NCBI GenBank assembly: GCA_020632095.1
Contig: JACKGF010000002.1
Coordinates: 16,502 to 80,501, forward strand
Reading direction: 5' to 3'
Source of the DNA: Candidatus Nomurabacteria bacterium
Lineage (GTDB): Bacteria; Patescibacteriota; Minisyncoccia; Phycocordibacterales; UBA918
DNA length: 64,000 nucleotides
Part shown: positions 51,458 through 61,710 of the stretch, piece after piece
Layout of the letters: every line of letters begins with the position of its first letter
How positions within the stretch are numbered: the first letter of the stretch is position 1
Notes under the pieces: generated by a model
Told to the model about the DNA's origin: nothing
Seen by the model: the letters and a program-made list of their open reading frames with translations, nothing else
The model's database searches: none
Translations under genes and position numbers: made by a program

Positions 51458-51910
51458 ATGTCCGCAGCCGCTCAACCGATTACTCTCCCACCAAACGACT
51501 ACTTCAGTGTCGAGATGTGGGCCCAAAGCCAGTACGGTGACGTTATCGCCAAATTGGAGAAAGGAGGTTATTCTCACATCGACCGCAATGTCGCACCGGC
51601 CGTCACCAAACCTGCACGCCGACGCAAGTCGCGCCAGAACCTGACGCAGGTTGTCACAACGACTCCTGTCAGGATACCTTTCGAGGCTCCGAACATCCAG
51701 CGCAACACTCACGAGGTAGGACTCTTCCAGAACGACAGGAAGTGGTCTCGGAAAGGTCCTGGGCGGCGGAGTAATGGCCGCAAGCATCAACAAGGCTGGA
51801 GGGCAGTAGCTAGCCCGCGCCATGAAGAGCGCCATGCGACCATCCGTCACTTCCGCGAGACCCCTCAATTGGTCATCGACCAATGGGAGCGGGAATTCGA
51901 GCGGCTCTAA
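51458..51910 (+). CDS. hypothetical basic protein (GC-rich gene)
   Basis: Canonical promoter TTGACT-N16-TATAAT at 51384-51411. An AAAGGAG SD precedes the ATG. Terminators lie at 51960-52028. Confidence 0.5.
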   Translation: MSAAAQPITLPPNDYFSVEMWAQSQYGDVIAKLEKGGYSHIDRNVAPAVTKPARRRKSRQNLTQVVTTTPVRIPFEAPNIQRNTHEVGLFQNDRKWSRKGPGRRSNGRKHQQGWRAVASPRHEERHATIRHFRETPQLVIDQWEREFERL

Positions 51911-52383
51911 GAGGCTGGACTCAAGGAGCTCTATCGGAGACACGGCTTCTAGCCAACCCTCGGGGCAAAGCTTCTCTTCGCCCCACCAAGACCCAAACAC
52001 TCACGTGTGCGGGTCTTTTTTATATCTTATTACTAAATCCATACTATTATTACTTTTTACACTTTCATTGAATTTTCGGTTGTTATAAATTTTAAGCGTT
52101 CACGGGGATCGCGTACTTAATGAAGTCAGTATTCGTCGGAGCGTGCTCAAAATTTATGATAACGGAAATCTCCCTCTCCCACAATTAGAATGCTCGACAA
52201 ATAATCCTTTTTATACTATATTTCCCCTACCTTTTAGGTATTTATCAGTTCTAGCGACACACGTTTAACCCTGCGTTCACGGACTACGGCCGGTTGGACG
52301 AAAATCTTCTCAGGAAGATTTTCGTCCAACCTCGCGAAATGGTTACGCAGACGCGTGTCGTCGGAATAAACACATAAGTTAAT

Positions 52384-53505
52384 ATGTTTGGACTAACTAA
52401 GTCTAAGGACGTAGCTGTTGAACCAACAGCTACTGGTGTTATGGACAAGTATTTGGCCGACAGCCCAGTACCTCCAGTAGAAGGAGAAGTAGTAGAAGGA
52501 ACTGTCTCAGCGATTGGCCGAGCGAGAGTTTATATTGATATCCAACCTTTCGGAACAGGTATCATTTACGGACGTGAATACATGAACGCACGGGACATCC
52601 TGCGAAAAGTTCACCCTGGTGACACCATCGCTTCAAAGGTAGTAATGCCAGAAAACGAAGATGGCTACATCGAACTTTCACTTAAGGAAGCTAGACAAGC
52701 TCTCATCTGGGCTGATGCAGAATCAGCCGTTAAGAAAGGAACTATTCTTAGTCTTGAAGTTAAGGAAGCCAATAAAGGCGGACTTATTATCGAATGGCAA
52801 GGAATTCCTGGTTTCCTACCAGCTTCACAACTCTCATCAGAAAACTACCCCCGTGTATCAGATGGCGACAAGGACAAAATCCTCACTGCTCTCAACGAAC
52901 TTATCGGCAAGCATTTGTCAGTAGTAATGATTACAGCTGATCCTAAGGAGCATAAACTAATCTTCTCTGAAAAGGGGCTACAAGAAAAAGAGGAAAAAGA
53001 AGAGAAGGTAAACAAATACGACGTTGGAAATATTGTTAAGGGTGAAGTAACCGGCGCAGTAGACTTCGGAGTCTTTGTAAAACTTGAACCGGGTCTTGAA
53101 GGTTTGGTACACATTTCTGAACTAGATTGGGGCTTAGTTGAAGACACCAAAGCAATGTACAAGGTTGGTGACGAGGTTGACGTTAAGGTAATTGAAGTGA
53201 AAGATGACAAAATTTCTCTTTCTATCAAGCAACTTAAAGAAAACCCATGGTCAACTGCCGCTAAGCGATTTGTGAAAGACCAAATTGTTGATGGTGTAGT
53301 GATTAAGTACAACAAGCACGGCGCTTTGGCATCTATTGAAGAAGGAGTAGCTGGTTTAGTACACGTTTCAGAATTTGAAACAGAAGAAAAGCTTAAGGCT
53401 GCTCTGTCTCTCGGCAGTGTCTACAAGTTCAAGATTACCCTCTTTGAACCAAACGAACAGAAAATGACTCTTTCTTACAAAGAAGGAAACGAAGCAACAA
53501 AGTAA
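52384..53505 (+). CDS. rpsA: S1 RNA-binding-domain protein (ribosomal protein S1-like)
   Basis: Four S1-like repeats (GTVSAIGRARVYIDI..., GEVTGAVDFGVFVKL..., GVVIKYNKHGALASI...). Confidence 0.8.
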   Translation: MFGLTKSKDVAVEPTATGVMDKYLADSPVPPVEGEVVEGTVSAIGRARVYIDIQPFGTGIIYGREYMNARDILRKVHPGDTIASKVVMPENEDGYIELSLKEARQALIWADAESAVKKGTILSLEVKEANKGGLIIEWQGIPGFLPASQLSSENYPRVSDGDKDKILTALNELIGKHLSVVMITADPKEHKLIFSEKGLQEKEEKEEKVNKYDVGNIVKGEVTGAVDFGVFVKLEPGLEGLVHISELDWGLVEDTKAMYKVGDEVDVKVIEVKDDKISLSIKQLKENPWSTAAKRFVKDQIVDGVVIKYNKHGALASIEEGVAGLVHVSEFETEEKLKAALSLGSVYKFKITLFEPNEQKMTLSYKEGNEATK

Positions 53506-53555
53506 ATTACTACTTTACACTAACAAAAAGATCAGCCTTCAGGCTGATCTTTTTG

Positions 53556-54170
53556 TTAGTTAAACCGATTCATCGCCATCTCAACCCCCTCTTTCACTAT
53601 CACCGACAATGCTTCGTCTACTTTCAGATAGGTGTCTTCGAGTTTATTTACTTCCTTGCTCGACAATCGCTTTAACACAAAACGCTCCAACGGCCCGCCT
53701 CCGGCGGGCCGTTTTACCTTACCCGTAAACAAACCAGTCGGCGCAATCCCGATTCGAATACGTACAAAGTCCTTAGAACCTAGTTTTTCGATAATAGATT
53801 TAATACCGTTGTGTCCCCCATCTCCCCGCCCTTTTCCTAATCTTACTTCACCAAAAGGCAGAGCGATATCATCATGGACAACAATTAAATTATCAATCTC
53901 GTCTCTCGGCACCATCTTCACTACCGCGCTACCAGAATTGTTCATAAAAGTGTCTGGATACAACACAGTGGCCGGTCTGCCAGCCACCCCTCCCTCTGCC
54001 ACCCGACCACTATACTGTCGACTATCCACCAACTCTGAAAAGCTATTTTGCCCCCTAACATAATCCAAAGCCAACCACCCAATATTGTGTCGAGTGTTAG
54101 CGTACTTCTCTCCCGGATTTCCAAGTCCAATAACATAAAACATACTCAACATTGTACCAGCGTCCATCAA
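53556..54170 (-). CDS. pth: peptidyl-tRNA hydrolase
   Basis: Motifs GLGNPG, HNIGW and HNG. Confidence 0.9.
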   Translation of the reverse strand: MMDAGTMLSMFYVIGLGNPGEKYANTRHNIGWLALDYVRGQNSFSELVDSRQYSGRVAEGGVAGRPATVLYPDTFMNNSGSAVVKMVPRDEIDNLIVVHDDIALPFGEVRLGKGRGDGGHNGIKSIIEKLGSKDFVRIRIGIAPTGLFTGKVKRPAGGGPLERFVLKRLSSKEVNKLEDTYLKVDEALSVIVKEGVEMAMNRFN

Positions 54171-54347
54171 TTTGCTCTAGGTGAGAATCTTACCTAGACA
54201 TATCATTCTATCCCAATTACAGCCTCATCATCATTAAAGTTGGTTGACATATTTAATAAAAATTAGCACTATACTACGAGCAAAGTTCCAGTAAGTCTCT
54301 AGATTGAACTTACAATCCTGTACCACCCAAACCAAAAGGAGTTCTCG

Positions 54348-55175
54348 ATGAATGGATATGCAAAAGATTTTATCAGTTCCTTCAAAATCAACGGACTATT
54401 CAGAGCAACAACAGTCCTTACGATACTGCCGTTGGGACTAATGTTCTACAGCTTTGAATCTCTGTCTAGTACGTGGGCCATCATTGATTTTGTAGCCCTA
54501 CTCATATTATTAGTATCGGTTGTATTCTACAATTATTACGAGGAAGTTTTTTCAGTTTTACAATTTATTGTTGTAATCTATTTAACTTCCACAATCATAT
54601 ATTTATTCACAACAATTAAAGTATTTGGTGTAAAAATTGACATATTTCCTGACATGTTTTTAATGTCTATAGTCACAAGCATCTCATCACTAGGGTTGCT
54701 AGGGTACATAAAAAGAAAGAAAGCGAAATATTTTTGTCAGTTAGCAATAATCATTTTCTCTCTAACTACTACAACCAATAACATAATCTATACACCAAAC
54801 GCTGGCGAAGCTTGGTACAAACAAGAAGACGGGGCCAGAACTTTATACTCTTTTTCACTCAAAAACAGGAAAGATGCTATCGAGGCAGTTATCATAAAGC
54901 CTGAAATAATCAGAGGAGAAGTTTCTGTTACAGCCACCGCTCCATTTCAGTCATATCTTGAATGGACCACCACAGTTCCTACCACCCTCGTATACAAGAG
55001 AGTTGAATATGTCGTAATCAGACCAGGAGAAACTCTTGAAGAATACGAGAGACGGGTTAACAGTTTCCCTATCACAATAGACCTCCAACTTAAAAGCACA
55101 GGAGAACTCAGAGAAGCTGTTGCCAACCAGGTCGCAACCGTGACAAAAATTTCCCGCGCAGATATCGGGTACTAG
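54348..55175 (+). CDS. hypothetical membrane protein
   Basis: Five N-terminal TM helices and a soluble C-terminal domain. A terminator lies at 55183-55213. Confidence 0.45.
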   Translation: MNGYAKDFISSFKINGLFRATTVLTILPLGLMFYSFESLSSTWAIIDFVALLILLVSVVFYNYYEEVFSVLQFIVVIYLTSTIIYLFTTIKVFGVKIDIFPDMFLMSIVTSISSLGLLGYIKRKKAKYFCQLAIIIFSLTTTTNNIIYTPNAGEAWYKQEDGARTLYSFSLKNRKDAIEAVIIKPEIIRGEVSVTATAPFQSYLEWTTTVPTTLVYKRVEYVVIRPGETLEEYERRVNSFPITIDLQLKSTGELREAVANQVATVTKISRADIGY

Positions 55176-55290
55176 TCAAAACGAAGCTAAAAGACCGCTC
55201 AGTATTATCGAGCGGTTCTTTCTTTGCTTAAAAGTTGTTGACAAATTTCTAAAATAGTAGTTAATACTGAGCGGAAAGTACTTCAATAAC

Positions 55291-56145
55291 TTGAACTTAT
55301 TTCAAAAAGGAATCATTGTGGAAAAAATTAAGAAGGTTAGCTTTTGGATTTTTTGGATTGTCTTTATCGGATTTTCACTACTGTCAGTCCGACATTTACA
55401 AGGACTCAAGATAGTTAATCCTGCATTTGACGTAAAAAAAATGAGTCCGGCCCAAATCGAGCTTTACAGACTTACCCTTTTGCAAGAAATACCAAAACCC
55501 AAATCGGTCGCGGAAAAAAGACCTCCTTACGACCAGAGCTACAACAAACCAATCACAGACTGGAATAATCACTGGCTTGAAGTAAGTCCACCGATAAGTC
55601 CTGTGTTTGATAATCGCTACCAACTAGGTGAACTCGGTGATACTCCCGTCCTAACTTCAATTTTCCAGTCAAAGGAAATGATTATCAAGGACTTTAACTG
55701 GGTAGTCGAGATTCTACCAATGATCCTAGCTGGATCTCTGTTAATAGGAACCAGTTTAACAACCTACTGTCGCAGTCGACACAGCCGAATTGTCTGCCTA
55801 GCTTTTGGACTGTCAACCGGCTTTGCTTGGGGCTTCGATGTCAGCTTTGCTTACGGCTTAGTTCTTGGACTAGGCATATCACAAATCTGGATACACAGCA
55901 TGAAACATATCATCCCCTACACAATCGGTGTTGCAATAGGAATGTTAGTTAGCTTTCTGTCTGTCACAAACCTAGGTTTCGTGTTCAACTTCAATTTTGG
56001 TTTCAAGCTTGCAGTCGCCTTCGGTCTCTGCTTTGGCTTGGTGTACTACATGTACAAACAAACCAGAAACATCTATAAAGAAGCAAGAAATACCTGGGTA
56101 ATATGCTTCGTTCCCCCACCGGACGAATTCAATTACATACCATAG
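55291..56145 (+). CDS. hypothetical membrane protein
   Basis: N-terminal TM helix and C-terminal polytopic region. A terminator lies at 56160-56185. Confidence 0.45.
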   Translation: MNLFQKGIIVEKIKKVSFWIFWIVFIGFSLLSVRHLQGLKIVNPAFDVKKMSPAQIELYRLTLLQEIPKPKSVAEKRPPYDQSYNKPITDWNNHWLEVSPPISPVFDNRYQLGELGDTPVLTSIFQSKEMIIKDFNWVVEILPMILAGSLLIGTSLTTYCRSRHSRIVCLAFGLSTGFAWGFDVSFAYGLVLGLGISQIWIHSMKHIIPYTIGVAIGMLVSFLSVTNLGFVFNFNFGFKLAVAFGLCFGLVYYMYKQTRNIYKEARNTWVICFVPPPDEFNYIP

Positions 56146-56433
56146 AGCAAAGTATTTAGTGCACAACCAATGGTTGTGCACTTTCTTTTTATTAAAAAAG
56201 TAAACATCAGAGCGCTACCGAAAAGAAGGCTCTTTTCATATTGAAATTTTACTTTTAATTAATTTATTAACCCGAATTAACACGCTCAATATAGAACCAA
56301 TATTTTAATAAAAAATTATTTATCAAACAGAAATCAAAACCAAAATTGATGGTTTATCATAAATTTGTTTTTACTTTCAAAATTTCGTATAATGGTGGAA
56401 ATTTAGCCCTATGACACTCTCACCACAAAAAAT

Positions 56434-57039
56434 ATGAATGAAGAACCTCGAGTAGAAAACAAGGAAGAAGTAAAAGCTGAACACCCTCTCACTGAAATTG
56501 TTCGTTTCTCTATTATAGCTATCTTGATTGTCATCCCGATTCGAATGTTTATTGCCCAACCTTTCATCGTGTCTGGAGCCTCCATGGACGACACCTTCCA
56601 TAGTGGACAATACATCATCGTTGACCAAGTAACCTATCAACTGCATTCACCAGAACGTGGTGACGTGATAATTTTTCGCTACCCCAAGGACCCTTCAAAA
56701 TTCTTTATCAAAAGAGTAATCGGAGTGCCCGGAGACACTATAAAAATTGAAGGTGGAAAAGTCACCCTACTCAACAAAGAAAATCCTCAAGGATTTACTT
56801 TAGATGAACCATATATCAAATCAATGGAGCCAGCCCCACTCATGACCGAAACTCTCGGAGAGCGTGAATATTTTGTAATGGGAGACAACCGTGACCAAAG
56901 CTCCGATTCTCGTAGCTGGGGAGTATTGCAAGAGGAACGTATTGTCGGGCGCGCTTGGTTGCGCCTATTTCCGCCGAGTGTTCTAGATTATCTACCAGGA
57001 GAAACCAAGATAGAAAGTCCAACCAAAACATCATCTTAA
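56434..57039 (+). CDS. lepB: signal peptidase I
   Basis: Catalytic Ser motif VSGASM, the KRVIGVPGD box, and GDNRDQSSDSR. Confidence 0.9.
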   Translation: MNEEPRVENKEEVKAEHPLTEIVRFSIIAILIVIPIRMFIAQPFIVSGASMDDTFHSGQYIIVDQVTYQLHSPERGDVIIFRYPKDPSKFFIKRVIGVPGDTIKIEGGKVTLLNKENPQGFTLDEPYIKSMEPAPLMTETLGEREYFVMGDNRDQSSDSRSWGVLQEERIVGRAWLRLFPPSVLDYLPGETKIESPTKTSS

Positions 57040-57059
57040 TCACTTCTAAACTTTTGCTT

Positions 57060-58229
57060 ATGTCACACACACCAACAGATTTTCTAAAAGTTGCCAACCA
57101 CACTGCGGAACACTTTGGTTTTCAAACAATTGACCAACTACGCAAAACTCCTGAGTGCAAGAAGTGTATGACCAGCATGCCTCACACTGTTAATGCCACC
57201 AACAAAAAGACCGACTCTCACCAAGGACTTCTTAGTTCTGGTATTGCAACATACTGTGATGAAAAACTTCACTCTCTCGGCAAACCAGTTCTCTTGTACT
57301 CTTTTGAGCAAGTCCCTCGCACCGGAGAATCAGCTGTCACTTTTCATATTTTTAATGTTGAACGTAGTATCGCCGAAGCAATTCTTATTCACACCACTAA
57401 GGCTCTCGTGACCGACTTAGGTTACGCCGATCATATCGTCAGGATTAATTCCCTCGGAGACAACGACTCTCTCACTCGCTACAGTCGCGAACTAACCAAC
57501 TTTCTTAAAAAACGTATGGACACCATGCCAGCTACAGCCCGTGAATTAATGAAGGAACACCCATTAACCGCCTTGGCTCACCTAGTGGAACAAAATCACG
57601 AACTAGCTCACCGGAGTCCTAACCCTCTCGAATACTTAAGTGACCCAAGTCGAAAGCATTTCCGAGAAATTATCGAATATTTGGATATGAGTTCAACTCC
57701 ATATGAAATTGATGCTAAAATGCTCGGTCATCATGAATGTTATTCAGATGCTATATTCTCACTCGACATACAAAATGAAAATCCTGACAAAGAAGTACCT
57801 GTAACTGCTCAAGGTGGAAGGTTTGATGAATTTGTTTACCGTACTACGCGAGTACGTACTCCAGCTGTCGGAGCAGTGGTGGTACTTAAGAACAGTAAGG
57901 CACCAGCTCGTGTCCCTCGCTCTAAACCCGCCGTACCCTCAGTATACGTCGTACAGCTCGGTTTTGGTCCTAAAATCCGCAGCCTACTCTTAATTGATTC
58001 CTTGCGCAAAGCTGGTATTCCTGTTCACCACGACCTCGCCAGCGATTCACTATCAACCCAACTCCGTGATGCTGAAACTAAAAAAGTAAAATACACTCTA
58101 ATTATAGGCCAAAAAGAATTCGTCGAAAATACAGTCATCCTACGAGATATGGACGTTCGCAACCAAGAATATGTAGACCAAGAAGCCCTTATTCGTAAGC
58201 TTCGTCGGAAGTACACGACACCAGTCTAA
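57060..58229 (+). CDS. histidyl-tRNA-synthetase-like class II aaRS paralog (HisS/HisZ family), divergent
   Basis: Motif 3-like QGGRFDEF and an anticodon-binding-domain-like C-terminus. Motif 2 arginines are not conserved. Confidence 0.5.
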   Translation: MSHTPTDFLKVANHTAEHFGFQTIDQLRKTPECKKCMTSMPHTVNATNKKTDSHQGLLSSGIATYCDEKLHSLGKPVLLYSFEQVPRTGESAVTFHIFNVERSIAEAILIHTTKALVTDLGYADHIVRINSLGDNDSLTRYSRELTNFLKKRMDTMPATARELMKEHPLTALAHLVEQNHELAHRSPNPLEYLSDPSRKHFREIIEYLDMSSTPYEIDAKMLGHHECYSDAIFSLDIQNENPDKEVPVTAQGGRFDEFVYRTTRVRTPAVGAVVVLKNSKAPARVPRSKPAVPSVYVVQLGFGPKIRSLLLIDSLRKAGIPVHHDLASDSLSTQLRDAETKKVKYTLIIGQKEFVENTVILRDMDVRNQEYVDQEALIRKLRRKYTTPV

Positions 58230-58234
58230 AAGCT

Positions 58235-59666
58235 GTAATAAAGAAGTAGAAATGTCCTCCCTAAAGAAATAGAAATGTCCTCCCGCAAGGGAGGACATTT
58301 CCTGTATGTTGTTGGTTCATGCACAACAACAAAAACATCATACTGACGGAAGCAGAAAAAGAAAAGGGAGAAATCATTAAAGGGTGTACTGAGGGTGATT
58401 ATACAAATAGTGAAGCAGCAGAAAGACTAGGTTTGTCAGTTAGGCAGGTACGAAGACTAAAGCGTAAAGTTGAGGTGTTTGGAGTGGAAGGAATTCTGCA
58501 TGGTCTCAAGGGGTCGCAGTCACACCGCAAGATAGACACAAAACAAGAAAAGAAAGTGTTAAAGTTCCTGAAAAAGAAAGACCATCACGACTTCGGTCCA
58601 ACGTTTGCGATGGAAAAGCTTGAGGAATTAGAGAACATCATTCTTGATGTTGGTACCGTTCGTCGCATCATGGTCGACGCTGATCTCTGGAAACCCAAAC
58701 AACAACGAATCAAACAATCACACAGACAGTGGCGCGAGCCAATGCTTCGCTATGGTGAGCTCATACAATACGATGGAAGCTACCATGACTGGAACGAAGA
58801 CGGTGAGGAGGAGTGCCTTCTCAAAGCCATCGACGACGCAACGAGTATTGTTACGAAAGCCGTATTTGACGATCATGAAGGTATCGTGCCCACCTTTCGC
58901 TTCTGGTGGAAGTATATCGAGCGCCACGGGCGTCCACGGGCCATATACCTAGACAAATTCAGCACATACAAGGTCAATCATAAAAGCGCACAGGATAACA
59001 TTCACTTCATGACACAGTTTGAGCGAGCCATGGAAACATTGGACATCAAGATTATCACTGCCCACTCACCAGAAGCAAAAGGTCGTGTCGAAAGGGGCTT
59101 TCGCACACATCAGGACAGGCTCGTGAAGGAACTTCGTCTGGCAAAGAAGAAGAACCAAGACGAGATGAATGACTTTCTCGAACACACCTATCTCCCCAAG
59201 CACAACGGAACGTTTGGCAGAACTCCACGTGACCCCAGAGACGCTCATCGGCCACTGACAGACATTCTCAAAAAGAAACTCTCGTCCATATTCTCCAAAC
59301 ACTATCGCCGCATCGTTAAGAACGACTTCACTATTCAATGGAATGGACGATGGTTTCAGCTTCTTAACAATCAACCGACTACGGTATACAAAAAAGATGA
59401 GGTGATTATGGAAGAGTGGCTCGATAACTCCATACACATCCGTCACACACGAAACAAAGAAGTGTATCTGATATATCAAGAATTACCGAACAAACCGAAA
59501 CAGGTACGCCGACCACCGACTGTCTTGGAGCGAAAGAGTACCGCACACAAGCCGGCACCTGATCATCCATGGAGAAAGAAAAGATAAAAAAACAAAAATT
59601 TGCTCTGACGTATTACACAACGTATTAATTAACTTGAACAGAGGACACTTCTACTTCACTGCAACA
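58235..59666 (+). mobile_element. IS copy 2 (identical to copy 1)
   Basis: Same terminal inverted repeats. The 17-bp direct repeat acaccagtctaaaagct occurs at 58218-58234 and 59666-59682. The insertion point coincides with the stop codon of the upstream HisRS-like gene. Confidence 0.85.
58319..59587 (+). CDS. DDE transposase (identical to 32335-33603)
   Basis: 422 aa, identical to the copy-1 transposase. Confidence 0.85.
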   Translation: MHNNKNIILTEAEKEKGEIIKGCTEGDYTNSEAAERLGLSVRQVRRLKRKVEVFGVEGILHGLKGSQSHRKIDTKQEKKVLKFLKKKDHHDFGPTFAMEKLEELENIILDVGTVRRIMVDADLWKPKQQRIKQSHRQWREPMLRYGELIQYDGSYHDWNEDGEEECLLKAIDDATSIVTKAVFDDHEGIVPTFRFWWKYIERHGRPRAIYLDKFSTYKVNHKSAQDNIHFMTQFERAMETLDIKIITAHSPEAKGRVERGFRTHQDRLVKELRLAKKKNQDEMNDFLEHTYLPKHNGTFGRTPRDPRDAHRPLTDILKKKLSSIFSKHYRRIVKNDFTIQWNGRWFQLLNNQPTTVYKKDEVIMEEWLDNSIHIRHTRNKEVYLIYQELPNKPKQVRRPPTVLERKSTAHKPAPDHPWRKKR

Positions 59667-59721
59667 CACCAGTCTAAAAGCTTGCACCATTTCGCACTAA
59701 ATGATATGCTCTTGCCCACAT

Positions 59722-59967
59722 ATGGCTATCAATGTTGAAGTAGAAAAAAACAATAACGAAAGTAGCGCGAACATAATTCGTCGGTTTACTAAGCGTGTAC
59801 AAGGTGCAGGAATTGTACCTAAAGTACGAGGAGGAAGATACTTTACTCGTGTTAAAGGACCGAACGTAAAACGAACAGCTAAACTAAAGAAACTTGTTAA
59901 ACAAGAAGAATACGAAAAGCAAGTAAAATTAGGGAAAGTTCAAGAATACCGAGGACGACGACGTTAA
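59722..59967 (+). CDS. rpsU: 30S ribosomal protein S21
   Basis: Pattern IIRRFTKRVQGAGIVPKVRGGRYFTR...KR matches S21. The start at MAINVEV is preferred over the annotated start at 59701. Confidence 0.7.
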   Translation: MAINVEVEKNNNESSANIIRRFTKRVQGAGIVPKVRGGRYFTRVKGPNVKRTAKLKKLVKQEEYEKQVKLGKVQEYRGRRR

Positions 59968-60040
59968 TATAAAACAAAAACAGTCGGTACACAGTACCGA
60001 CTGTTTTTGTTTGTCAGTCGGGGTATAATGTCTTCTACCA

Positions 60041-60421
60041 ATGAAAACTTTATCTATCACTAGCACAGTCAAAAACCACCCGACTCATCCTTACGAAGAG
60101 ATGAAGAAAAAAATCCTAGGCGCTAAGTATGAACTCTCTCTTGCTTTCGTTGGTAAAGCAAGAGCAGCTAAACTAAATTTAGATTACAGACAGAAAACCT
60201 ACACTCCCAACGTACTGTCTTTCCCTCTAACTGAATCAGCTGGAGAAATTATTATCTGTCCCCAAGTAGCCAAAAATGAAGCCAAACAACATAACCTGTC
60301 AATCGATGGCTATATCGCTTTTCTGTTTATCCACGGATTACTACATTTGAAAGGATTGGATCATGGCGATACAATGGACAAACAGGAGCAGAAGTACCTT
60401 AAGCTGTTCAATATTTCATAA
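60041..60421 (+). CDS. ybeY: rRNA maturation endoribonuclease YbeY
   Basis: Metal-binding motif HGLLHLKGLDH. Confidence 0.85.
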   Translation: MKTLSITSTVKNHPTHPYEEMKKKILGAKYELSLAFVGKARAAKLNLDYRQKTYTPNVLSFPLTESAGEIIICPQVAKNEAKQHNLSIDGYIAFLFIHGLLHLKGLDHGDTMDKQEQKYLKLFNIS

Positions 60422-60423
60422 TC

Positions 60424-61596
60424 ATGGCCGAGCATATTATCACTGGAATCGACGTTGGAACCTATCACGTAAAAGTGGCGGTTGCTCGAATGCCAAAAAA
60501 TAATCCTAATGGTCAGGCTAAGCCAGAAATTATTGGCACAGGCCTAGCCGAAAGTCGTGGGCTCAAGAGTGGATATATCATGCACGAGGCCGATGTTGCC
60601 CGGAGTATCAAAAGTGCAATTGCTCAAGCCGAGAAAAATTCTGGTGTCACCATCAAGCGCGCCCATGTGGCGATTGGCAGTATCGGACTCGAAGAGACCT
60701 ATTCACATGGAGAAATAATCCCCGCTCGGGCTGACTCGGAAGTCACTACCTCAGACCTAGAAAAAGTTATGCAAGACAGCGAGGATAGAATCATGGACCA
60801 TATCCCTAACCGTCGCATTCTGCACAACATACCCCTCCGACACACTATTGACGGCACAGAAGTACTTGGTCGCGCACAAGGTCTTAAGGGTACCAAACTA
60901 GAAGTTGACAGTCTTTTTATAACAACCTACGAACAACACGTAAATGACTTAATAAAAACAATTGAAGGATTAGGGGTGTACGTGGAAGATGTTATCGCTT
61001 CACCATTAGCGGCTAGCTTTGTGATGCTCTCCAAAGCCCAAAAACGTGCCGGATGTATCTTAACCAATATCGGAGCTGAAACCACCTCGATTGTAGTATT
61101 CGAAGATTCTACCCCCATCTCACTCAAAATCTTCCCTACTGGATCAAACGATATCACAAACGACATTGCCCTTGGTCTGAGGATTCCACTCGAAGATGCT
61201 GAAAAACTAAAAAGAGGTGCCATGACCAGCGCCACTTTCTCAAAAAAGCGACTAGACGAAATCATTCAAGAAAGACTCAAAACTATTTTCCTACTCATCG
61301 ACAACCATTTAAAAAAGATAAAGCGCGATGGATTACTGCCAGCCGGAACTATCCTAACTGGAGGCGGAGCCAATGTGTCAGGTGTAGTTGAAACAGCTAA
61401 AGCAACCCTTGAACTTCCAGCCAGGACCGCCACTTTAGATATTGGTAAGAATATTAAAATCAAAGATGCTTCTTGGGCAGTCGCCTACGGACTCTGTATG
61501 TGGGGTGCTAGCGATATGGAAGAAGCTACCACGATTGGTCTCGTGAAGCACACCAAAAGAAACGTCCTCTCATGGTTTAGTCAGTTTTTACCCTAG
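60424..61596 (+). CDS. ftsA: cell division protein FtsA
   Basis: Actin-fold N-terminus ITGIDVGTYHVKVAV and SHS2 insert. It sits immediately upstream of ftsZ. Confidence 0.9.
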   Translation: MAEHIITGIDVGTYHVKVAVARMPKNNPNGQAKPEIIGTGLAESRGLKSGYIMHEADVARSIKSAIAQAEKNSGVTIKRAHVAIGSIGLEETYSHGEIIPARADSEVTTSDLEKVMQDSEDRIMDHIPNRRILHNIPLRHTIDGTEVLGRAQGLKGTKLEVDSLFITTYEQHVNDLIKTIEGLGVYVEDVIASPLAASFVMLSKAQKRAGCILTNIGAETTSIVVFEDSTPISLKIFPTGSNDITNDIALGLRIPLEDAEKLKRGAMTSATFSKKRLDEIIQERLKTIFLLIDNHLKKIKRDGLLPAGTILTGGGANVSGVVETAKATLELPARTATLDIGKNIKIKDASWAVAYGLCMWGASDMEEATTIGLVKHTKRNVLSWFSQFLP

Positions 61597-61710
61597 TATT
61601 TTACCACCTGTCAATCACACGATTCTCAATACTGTCAATATAGTGACAGATAATTTTATCACGTGTATTATAGGCACATTAATAGGTACTTGTACTCAGG
61701 GGTGGGTGCA

